A stretch of DNA of 64,000 nucleotides from the NCBI GenBank assembly GCA_965207455.1, contig CBDBMJ010000003.1:281838-345837 (forward strand), read 5' to 3'. The stretch comes from Bdellovibrionota bacterium (GTDB lineage: Bacteria > Bdellovibrionota > UBA1018 > CAIPTA01 > JAALKR01). Position numbers and translations under genes: made by a program. Under the pieces are notes generated by a model, which did not search any database, had not been told where the DNA came from, and saw only the letters and a program-made list of their open reading frames with translations. Of this stretch, positions 9,605 to 17,528 are shown piece by piece (within the stretch, counting starts at the first letter, position 1; each line of letters begins with the position of its first letter).

Positions 9605-10699
9605 CTACCGCTCCACCTCAGACATGGAAATATCAAAATTATGAATAATTAGAGGAGCATCTTCCAGCGCTTCCTTTAATAACACTTGAGGCAAAAACTT
9701 CAGCATAAAAAAAGAAGGTGTAGAAAATTTCACACGAGCTGGCTTACTGGACCCATCACTAGAAACAAATACACCCAAAGCTCCTCTGGCACTCTCCACC
9801 TCTGCATAAGCACCCCCACGAGGAGGGCAAAAATCCATGCCAATGGAAACGAAAAAATTCCCTGGCGGTATTCGACTAGCCCCTTGCCGGATGATGGCTA
9901 TGCTCTGCTGGATTTCCCGAAACCTATAGAGAAAGCGATCAAAACAATCCCCATCCTGTTTCTTAGTCCAGTGGATGGGCACAAAAAGATCGGAGTACGC
10001 TGCGTAGGTTTTTGCCTTTCTAATGTCTAACTCTCCTCCTGAGCATCGAGCGTTTGCGCCGGTAATACCATGTTCTTTTACTTTCTCTGGAGACAAAATA
10101 GCTAAACCGGTTAATCTCTCATAAAAAATAGGATTTTTTACTAAAATATTATCTAATTCTAATAGAAAAGACTCCGTATCACACAAGGTCTTTTCTATTC
10201 TATGTAAAAGACCTTCACTCATATTATTCCTAACTCCACCAATACAAATGGAGCCAAATGGAATTCTAGAACCACAATACATCTCAAATATATCTAAATA
10301 CTTCTCTCTTTCTCTTAAGCTAAAATGATGTATGTTTTTTGAACCAACACAGAGAGAGACCTGAGAAATATAGTTCAAGTGACTAACAATCCTGCTCAAT
10401 TCCAATAATATAACTCGAATAAAATCTGCCTTCAACGGCACTCGTATGCCTCCCAGCTTCTCCACAGCTAGAGCAAAAGCAAGATTGCAGGCTGGAGCAG
10501 ATAAATAATCCACTTTATCAGAATAAACAAGGCCCACCATATAGGGCACTTTTTCAAAGCACTGTTCGATTCCTCGATGACAATACCCCAGATCAATCTC
10601 GGCACTTTGGATCAACTGCCCATTCACCTGTGTTTTTAGCACAAATGGTCCAACTGTACTGGAACTCTGTTTTATTCCTGGTATGATATTTATTTCCAC
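9605..10699 (-). CDS. nuoD: diverged NuoD-like subunit
   Basis: GYCHRGIE, DKVDY, RVILLELSRIVSHL, GDCFDRF, VESARG, PARVKFSTPSF, EVER; no NiFe CxxC motifs. Confidence 0.9.
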   Translation of the reverse strand: MEINIIPGIKQSSSTVGPFVLKTQVNGQLIQSAEIDLGYCHRGIEQCFEKVPYMVGLVYSDKVDYLSAPACNLAFALAVEKLGGIRVPLKADFIRVILLELSRIVSHLNYISQVSLCVGSKNIHHFSLREREKYLDIFEMYCGSRIPFGSICIGGVRNNMSEGLLHRIEKTLCDTESFLLELDNILVKNPIFYERLTGLAILSPEKVKEHGITGANARCSGGELDIRKAKTYAAYSDLFVPIHWTKKQDGDCFDRFLYRFREIQQSIAIIRQGASRIPPGNFFVSIGMDFCPPRGGAYAEVESARGALGVFVSSDGSSKPARVKFSTPSFFMLKFLPQVLLKEALEDAPLIIHNFDISMSEVER

Positions 10700-10701
10700 A
10701 A

Positions 10702-11106
10702 CTAAGGCAAGTCCTCTCTCAATAAAAACGGCTGAGGATGGAGCATATCTTTAAATTTCACCTTAAACATTTCCCGTATCTCCCGTTCAAACCAATTTGC
10801 AATCGGCCACACTTTCTCCACGCTGGAAATAGATTTTGTGTTTGGAACACTAGTACATACACTTAAATAATTATCCCAAAGGGAGGAACTCAACCCTGTA
10901 ATTATTAAAGTTTTGGAGTCACTTTCCTTCATCGCTGTCAAAAAACACAAACGATGAAATAGAAGCTTTTCTTCTTTATATAAGAGCTCCAATGATTGCA
11001 CCCAATCCTTATCATCCACATCTATGATTATATGCTGATTCTCTTCACGAATATTCCAAGCACTGTTTGCTTGCTGGAGTTCTTTAATTAGATCTGCTTG
11101 CTTCAT
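10702..11106 (-). CDS. nuoC: diverged NuoC-like subunit
   Basis: SVEKVWPIANWFEREIREMFKVKF...HP. Confidence 0.85.
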   Translation of the reverse strand: MKQADLIKELQQANSAWNIREENQHIIIDVDDKDWVQSLELLYKEEKLLFHRLCFLTAMKESDSKTLIITGLSSSLWDNYLSVCTSVPNTKSISSVEKVWPIANWFEREIREMFKVKFKDMLHPQPFLLREDLP

Positions 11107-11560
11107 CTAGCTTACGCCCCATAAAAATTTTCTTTTGTAATGCGTGTATCCCGTGGATTAGGGCTTCTGGCTTCGGTGGACACCCAGGAATATAAACATC
11201 CACGGGCAAAATAAGATCCACCCCGTTTATTACTGTGTCGCTATGAACAGAAAAAATTCCTCCTGTATTAGCACAGCTTCCCATGGAAATTACATATTTA
11301 GGTTCCAACATTCCATGGTATAGTTCTTGGACTTTTCTCGAAATAGCTTTAGTAATAGGGCCAGCCACAATTAAAAGATCCGCGTTTCTATAATCATCTT
11401 GTGGCAAAAGGCCAAATCGCTCCAAATCATAACGAGGTCCTGTGCTTGCTGTAAACTCCAAGGCGCAACAAGATAAACTGAGAGGAAAGGCCCAGAGAGA
11501 CCGGCCATGCACTTTTGAAAAAATCTTTGATGTATTAGAAAGAAAAAGATCCGTTTTCAT
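11084..11560 (-). CDS. nuoB: diverged NuoB-like subunit (N2 cluster ligands present)
   Basis: [35 protein letters not shown]; ATGA overlap with upstream gene. Confidence 0.9.
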   Translation of the reverse strand: MKTDLFLSNTSKIFSKVHGRSLWAFPLSLSCCALEFTASTGPRYDLERFGLLPQDDYRNADLLIVAGPITKAISRKVQELYHGMLEPKYVISMGSCANTGGIFSVHSDTVINGVDLILPVDVYIPGCPPKPEALIHGIHALQKKIFMGRKLDEASRSN

Positions 11561-11934
11561 TTTTGCAACCAATGAATACTCATGATCCAGTTCAAAAATT
11601 TTCTCCTAGATCCATAAGCAAAAATCAAACCCAAGAGAACTGGCCCCAATACTATTTTTATTAATGTCAAAGTGGAATCTTCAACTCTTAGTGATAAATA
11701 ATTCTGAAAGCTTAGGGCCATGGGAACGATAAAAATAAGACATGCCCAGGTGATTAAAACATAGATAAGAAAATAAATATCCTGCGGAGCTTCTCCATGG
11801 TTTCGAGCCTTCTGGAAGCGAGGTGAACGATAAAAATAGCCTAAGGGGCTGGAAAGGGAATAGGTGGCAACGGCTACGATCAAAAGAACGAATAACGCAA
11901 ATAGTAAAAAACCAGAATCTATGAAAACTTGCAT
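11557..11934 (-). CDS. highly diverged NuoA-like 3-TM subunit
   Basis: ~125 aa, 3 TM, C-terminal AYGSRRKFLNW resembles YxWRxGxLxW; first gene before nuoB-like. Confidence 0.6.
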   Translation of the reverse strand: MQVFIDSGFLLFALFVLLIVAVATYSLSSPLGYFYRSPRFQKARNHGEAPQDIYFLIYVLITWACLIFIVPMALSFQNYLSLRVEDSTLTLIKIVLGPVLLGLIFAYGSRRKFLNWIMSIHWLQK

Positions 11935-12064
11935 ACTTACAGCGTATGCAGGTTGTGCTATAGAGTCAACCGCCAGCAAGAGCTCACCTTGTTTCTTTCC
12001 CACAAATATCCTATATGTGAAAGAGGAAGAACAAAGCATAGCTTGAGATTACGCGGAGCATTGA

Positions 12065-15000
12065 ATGGACTTTTTTTTACCCAGTTTTACTAACAGCCAT
12101 CAATGGATCAAAAGCAAGCAAACAATTATTATTTCTGGCCTATATGGATCTAGCCAAGCCCTCGTTTTAGCCCAACTTTTAGCAAAGGAAAAAAGGAATT
12201 ATTTAATTGTTTGCGATAAATCTAGTACTGCCCATACTTTGGTTCAAGAACTCCACACCTGTTTAACTTTTTTTCCAAACACTGTCCAAGTTTTATTATT
12301 TCCTAGCTGGGAAATTTCTCCCTATAGCAAACTTGCACCCAATCCCACCAATCGCTTGCAACGTTTGCGTTGCTTAAATGCTTTACACTCTTCCAGCAAA
12401 AAGTCCGTAGCTGTGATTGCTCCCATTCAAGCCATTACTCAACCCACACTTAGTCCTACGAGTTATAAGAAAAGAATTATTCCCTTACAGCCGGGAAGCG
12501 TGTACGAAATTCCATCTCTTGAGGAAAAACTTCAAGCCCTAGGCTATACCCAAGCGGATCTAGTAGAGGATCCGGGCACCTATGCAATACGAGGTGGAAT
12601 TATGGACATCTATTCCTGCGTGGAACCCTACCCCATTCGACTAGATTTTATGGACAATGAAATAGAGAGTATTCGCCTCTTTAATCCCATAAGCCAACGA
12701 AGTCAGGAAAAATCTTTCTTGAACATTGCTCATATTGGACCCACCAGAGAAATAGAATTATTCCCAGAAGAAGTGGAAACAGCAAGATCAAAAATACGAG
12801 CTTGGTGCGATCAAAACCATATATCCAGAGCCAATCGGGAACGACTCAATAATCAACTTAAAGAAAATATTATAACCCCAGAAATGGATTTCCTCATCCC
12901 GTTCTTTAGTAAAACTCCGGGCTATCTATGGGAATACTTTTCCAGCGACTCTTTGTGGACCTGGGTATCTGCCGACGATGTAAGAGTGCGCTTGCTGGAA
13001 AGACAGGAGAAATTAAAACTGGAATATGAGATGGCACTTACAGAACAGTCAATTATAGCGCCCAATGAAGAAATTTCCCTAGATTATGCTTCTCTTGTGG
13101 AAGCCAGTAAAAAATTTCAAAATCTCCGCCTAGAACCTCTAGACATACGAAGTAAAGAAGAAGCACAAAGAATCCATTTGAAAATCACACCTAATAATAA
13201 GGTACGTGGAATAACAAAAAGAAATAAAACGGAGAGTGCAGATTTCGACAAAGTAACAGAATATATAGAGGAGTTGCTAGAGCTAAACTATAGCATCTTT
13301 TTTATGGCAAACTCAAAATCCCAATTGGATAGACTTTCCTTCCTTTTAGCGCAAAAGGGCATACCAAACAAACAACTAAGCCCCAAAGAAATGCCTCAGA
13401 AAAAAATGCTAACCATGGTTTTGGGTACCTTAGAATCTGGATTCCAAATGGATGTAGACAGGGTGGTGTGCCTCACTGAGGATGAAATTTTTGGAGCAAA
13501 AAAACATTCGGAAAAACAGCGCACTCGCCCGAAAGATTTCTTCTCCAAGCACCTTGCCAAAACGAGCTTAGATAATTTATTTAAAGATGACTTTCTAGTT
13601 CACATAGAACACGGCATCGGCAAATACAAAGGACTCATTAAATTAATTACTAGCGGCATTCCAGGAGACTATGTCCATATAGAATATGCCGGAAAAGACA
13701 GGCTCTATCTCCCCATATATAGATTAGAACAAATACAAAAATATATCGGGCCTGCGGATTCTCGCCCACCAGTAAATAAATTAGGCTCCCAGCATTTTGT
13801 GAAAGCAAAAAGTAAAGCAAAGGCAGCAGTAAAAGATATTGCAGCCTCTTTATTAAAACTCTATGCCCAACGAGCTTCCGTATCCGGATATGCCTTCCCT
13901 GAACCGGACGATGAATACAAAAAATTTGAAGCCTGTTTCCCCTACGATGAAACCCCAGATCAACTGCAAGCAATTGAAGAAACAATTAAAGATATGTGCA
14001 CACCTAAACCCATGGATCGATTAATCTGTGGAGACGTGGGCTATGGGAAGACAGAAGTGGCAATGCGAGCTGCTTTTTTAGCTGCCTATTCAGGAAAACA
14101 AGTGGTCATTCTAGTTCCAACCACTATTTTAGCTGAGCAACACCTGTATAATTTCAAAATAAGATTCCAATCAATCCCCTTTGTTATAGAATCTCTTTCT
14201 CGATTTAAAAAACAAAAGGAACAAAAAGTAATTCTAGAGCAACTAAAAAATAAAAAAATAGATATTATAATTGGCACCCATCGCCTACTTTCAAAAGATG
14301 TTGCCTTCAAAGATTTAGGTCTACTGGTTATTGATGAAGAACAACGTTTTGGTGTGGAAAATAAAGAAAGACTCAAAAAATTTCGCCTCTCTGCTGATGT
14401 GCTAACTCTCACAGCAACACCCATACCCAGAACCCTACACCTTTCACTGGTTGGTATGCGAGATATTAGTATTATCCACACCCCACCCGCAGAACGTCAA
14501 TCCATCCGAACTTACCTTGCTGAGTTTGATAAAGAAATAATTAAAAAAGCCATTATTTTCGAGTTGAGCCGAGGAGGGCAAGTTTTCTTTATTCACAACA
14601 GAATACAATCCATGCCCATCATTCTAAATGCATTAAAAGAAATATTGCCAAAAATTAAGATAGCTGTAGCTAACGGAACTTTGCCTGAAACTCAACTAGA
14701 AAAAATAATGACCGGCTTTTATAAAAAAGAATTCGACGTACTCCTATCCACCGCTATTGTCGAAAATGGACTCGATATACCCAATGCTAATACCATTATT
14801 GTGAATCGAGCTGATGCTTTTGGCTTGTCACAGCTCTACCAAATCCGAGGACGAGTGGGTCGGTCGAAAAATCGAGCCTATGCCTACCTATTAACCCCTA
14901 AAGATATTACTCCTAGTGCAAGAAATAGGTTGCAAACTCTCCAACAACATACTGCTTTAGGTAGCAGCTTTTCCATTTCCTCCCGAGATTTAGAGCTTCG

Positions 15001-15568
15001 AGGTTCTGGGGATATTGTTGGCGGGGCTCAGTCGGGCCATGTAACCTCTATCGGTTACGATATGTATATTGAACTTTTAAACGACGAAATTAGCTCTCTC
15101 AAGGGAGAGGAAAAGGAGTCCAAAGAAAACATTGAGATCAACTCATCTTTTCCTGCTTATTTTCCTGAAGAATACATCTCAAGCCCATCTTTACGACTCT
15201 CCACTTATAAACAACTCTCCAGCCTGAACCGATTAGAGGAAATAGAAGAAGGTAAGAAAGAACTGGAAGATCGCTACGGAACTCTTCCCCAAACGGCACT
15301 GGGCTTGCTATGGTTATTAAAAACAAAAATAATATTGCAAAACGCTGGATTTCAAGGTCTGAATATCGGCAAAGAGGTACTTACACTGAAAGCAGGTAAA
15401 GAACCCAAGATAGATACCCATAAGCTATTAGATCTCATCGCAAGGAGGCCCAAGGAGTTTAATCTACAGTCCGAATCTAAATTGATCATTCGAAAAAAGA
15501 CAGAAGATTTGGAATCTGGCTTCAACACAGTGCAGCACCTCTTGCATACCATCGCCATAAACCCTTGA
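12065..15568 (+). CDS. mfd: transcription-repair coupling factor
   Basis: UvrB-like N-term RGGIMDI, CarD HIEHGIGKY, GDVGYGKTE, DEEQRFG, TATPIPRT, QIRGRVGR, TRCF C-term. Confidence 0.98.
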   Translation: MDFFLPSFTNSHQWIKSKQTIIISGLYGSSQALVLAQLLAKEKRNYLIVCDKSSTAHTLVQELHTCLTFFPNTVQVLLFPSWEISPYSKLAPNPTNRLQRLRCLNALHSSSKKSVAVIAPIQAITQPTLSPTSYKKRIIPLQPGSVYEIPSLEEKLQALGYTQADLVEDPGTYAIRGGIMDIYSCVEPYPIRLDFMDNEIESIRLFNPISQRSQEKSFLNIAHIGPTREIELFPEEVETARSKIRAWCDQNHISRANRERLNNQLKENIITPEMDFLIPFFSKTPGYLWEYFSSDSLWTWVSADDVRVRLLERQEKLKLEYEMALTEQSIIAPNEEISLDYASLVEASKKFQNLRLEPLDIRSKEEAQRIHLKITPNNKVRGITKRNKTESADFDKVTEYIEELLELNYSIFFMANSKSQLDRLSFLLAQKGIPNKQLSPKEMPQKKMLTMVLGTLESGFQMDVDRVVCLTEDEIFGAKKHSEKQRTRPKDFFSKHLAKTSLDNLFKDDFLVHIEHGIGKYKGLIKLITSGIPGDYVHIEYAGKDRLYLPIYRLEQIQKYIGPADSRPPVNKLGSQHFVKAKSKAKAAVKDIAASLLKLYAQRASVSGYAFPEPDDEYKKFEACFPYDETPDQLQAIEETIKDMCTPKPMDRLICGDVGYGKTEVAMRAAFLAAYSGKQVVILVPTTILAEQHLYNFKIRFQSIPFVIESLSRFKKQKEQKVILEQLKNKKIDIIIGTHRLLSKDVAFKDLGLLVIDEEQRFGVENKERLKKFRLSADVLTLTATPIPRTLHLSLVGMRDISIIHTPPAERQSIRTYLAEFDKEIIKKAIIFELSRGGQVFFIHNRIQSMPIILNALKEILPKIKIAVANGTLPETQLEKIMTGFYKKEFDVLLSTAIVENGLDIPNANTIIVNRADAFGLSQLYQIRGRVGRSKNRAYAYLLTPKDITPSARNRLQTLQQHTALGSSFSISSRDLELRGSGDIVGGAQSGHVTSIGYDMYIELLNDEISSLKGEEKESKENIEINSSFPAYFPEEYISSPSLRLSTYKQLSSLNRLEEIEEGKKELEDRYGTLPQTALGLLWLLKTKIILQNAGFQGLNIGKEVLTLKAGKEPKIDTHKLLDLIARRPKEFNLQSESKLIIRKKTEDLESGFNTVQHLLHTIAINP

Positions 15569-15636
15569 CCTCAACACATTATCCAGCGACAATTAAATCA
15601 GTAGAAAACGCTATTTATTGCAAGCTAGGAGGACTC

Positions 15637-16467
15637 ATGAACTATTCACTTATTATACTATTTATTTCCACACTCGCCATTCTCTCTCCTGTACAAGTCC
15701 AGGCAAGGATGAGTCGAAACACAGTGGCCATTATCGATGGTGCTCCCCTAAGTAAAAAGGAATTTGATCGTCGGTATCTTGAAAATATTAAAAATTTCAA
15801 ATTCGTCACACCAACGAAATCCGTTATTTTAAACGACATTGTAAATTTCGAGCTAGGCCTAAAGGAAGCCAAACGACTGGGGCTCCATAAAAGAGCTTCT
15901 GTGCAAGAGAGAATGAATTATGTGTTATACGAGTCTTTAATCAAAGAAGTGCTGGGCAAGCGAATCAATAATATTCAAGTCTCAGACAAGGAAGTGCTCT
16001 CCTTTTGTAAAAGATTTCCAGAACTGCGCACCAGCCACATCTATATTCCCCTGACAATAACCCCTTTAAGTGTAGAAAAAAGGGAAGCCCGAAAAAAAGC
16101 CTCCCAAGCCTTACGCAATATCAAAAGCGGCATGTCTTTTAAAGACGCTGTTTCCAAATACTCCACTGGATACGCGGTTCCCGTTGGCGGAGATATCGGC
16201 TACCAAATGAAGGACAGACTGGATCCGGCTTATTATGCTGCCGCTCGAAAACTGAAGGTGGGACAATACACGAAAAAAGCAATACGAAGCCAATTTGGTC
16301 TCCATATCATAAAACTAATAGAGAAAAAGCCTTGTAAAAGGGTAAATATGGCCGAGTGGAAGCGCATGATTTATGACGAAAAACGCTCTAAAATTCAGAG
16401 ACGCTACCTAGCTAAGCTACGATCCAAGGCTAAGGTAGAAATAAATCATCAATTAGTGAAAAAATAG
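15637..16467 (+). CDS. exported PpiC/parvulin-type peptidylprolyl isomerase
   Basis: signal peptide, SHIYI, GGDIGY, RSQFGLHIIK; AGGAGG RBS before 15637. Confidence 0.85.
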   Translation: MNYSLIILFISTLAILSPVQVQARMSRNTVAIIDGAPLSKKEFDRRYLENIKNFKFVTPTKSVILNDIVNFELGLKEAKRLGLHKRASVQERMNYVLYESLIKEVLGKRINNIQVSDKEVLSFCKRFPELRTSHIYIPLTITPLSVEKREARKKASQALRNIKSGMSFKDAVSKYSTGYAVPVGGDIGYQMKDRLDPAYYAAARKLKVGQYTKKAIRSQFGLHIIKLIEKKPCKRVNMAEWKRMIYDEKRSKIQRRYLAKLRSKAKVEINHQLVKK

Positions 16468-16496
16468 ATGACTTTTCCCTCCATAAAACATAATTT

Positions 16497-17450
16497 ATGG
16501 GGGCAATGAAAATACAAAAAACATGCCTCCTGGTTGCCCTTTGCTGTACCTTTTTCTCCACACAGCTAAAAACAACTGCTCAAGCTAAAGTCATAGATCG
16601 CACCGCAGCCACTGTGGGGAATACCATCATCACCCTGTCCGATATTAATCGTTTTAAAAGAAATCTAAAATCTCGCAAGAATTTGGACCCTTTCTTCTCA
16701 CTTGGCATAACTCCAGGTAGTAGCAAACAAACTATTAAGTTTCTTATTCAAGAAGTTCTTATTACAAAAAAATTTCCAGCCTCAGACAATGAAATAAAAG
16801 CAAGCATCAACGATATTCTTCAAAAAAATAATATCAACCGTACTACCTTGAAAAAATTTCTTAAGAAACAGGGTATTCGCTATGCAGATTATCGTCGGCT
16901 CGTAGGCGTAAACATCTCCAAGCGAAATTTCATCGAAAAAGAAATCAAACCACAAGCAAGGGTAACAGAGGATGAAGTAAGAAATTATTATTATACGGAA
17001 CCCAAGTATGCAAAACATAGAAAGAAGCGCACTCTCCTGTTAAGCTATAAAATTTCCCAATTAAAAATCCCCAATAAGCGGTTAGTGAGAAAAGTGACTG
17101 CCAGACTCAAACGAGGCCAGAGCTTTCGTTCTGTGGCCACTGCTCTCAAAAACAAAGGCGTGGAGTTCGTCTCCTTAGGAACTCTGCGAGAGGACACATT
17201 ATCAAAAACTATAAAGAAAGCCCTGCTTGGGCTACGAGTGGGAGAATCAACAAGGCCCATATCCATGGGTATTCGAGGTGCACGACAAATCCTGAAAATT
17301 GATAAGATCAATGCTCCCACAGATCCCGTGTTCGAGAGGTTAAAGAACCAAATTTATAAATTATTTTACCAAAAAGCTATTGTAAGGCAGATTAAATCAT
17401 GGACGGAGGTTGAAATGAGTCAAGCCTTTGTATATATTCCCAGACGCTAG
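16497..17450 (+). CDS. SurA N-terminal-domain chaperone with degenerate PPIase domain
   Basis: signal peptide, VIDRTAATVGNTIITLSDI, mfd-ppiC-surA context. Confidence 0.75.
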   Translation: MGAMKIQKTCLLVALCCTFFSTQLKTTAQAKVIDRTAATVGNTIITLSDINRFKRNLKSRKNLDPFFSLGITPGSSKQTIKFLIQEVLITKKFPASDNEIKASINDILQKNNINRTTLKKFLKKQGIRYADYRRLVGVNISKRNFIEKEIKPQARVTEDEVRNYYYTEPKYAKHRKKRTLLLSYKISQLKIPNKRLVRKVTARLKRGQSFRSVATALKNKGVEFVSLGTLREDTLSKTIKKALLGLRVGESTRPISMGIRGARQILKIDKINAPTDPVFERLKNQIYKLFYQKAIVRQIKSWTEVEMSQAFVYIPRR

Positions 17451-17528
17451 CTTCCCGTACTCTATACTCCATGAAAATTCAATATTTTAATACTATGGGT
17501 GCACCTCTTCGTGTTAAATTAAGATTAG

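Noticed and set aside
9605-11560. Group 4 [NiFe]-hydrogenase (Ech/Hyf/Mbh) interpretation of the diverged operon
   Set aside because: The large subunit lacks the N-terminal RxCxxC and C-terminal DPCxxC; the small subunit has the tandem CC of NuoB
1274-11934. Pseudogenised nuo operon
   Set aside because: All 12 ORFs are near full length, without stops or frameshifts, and show coupled starts and stops
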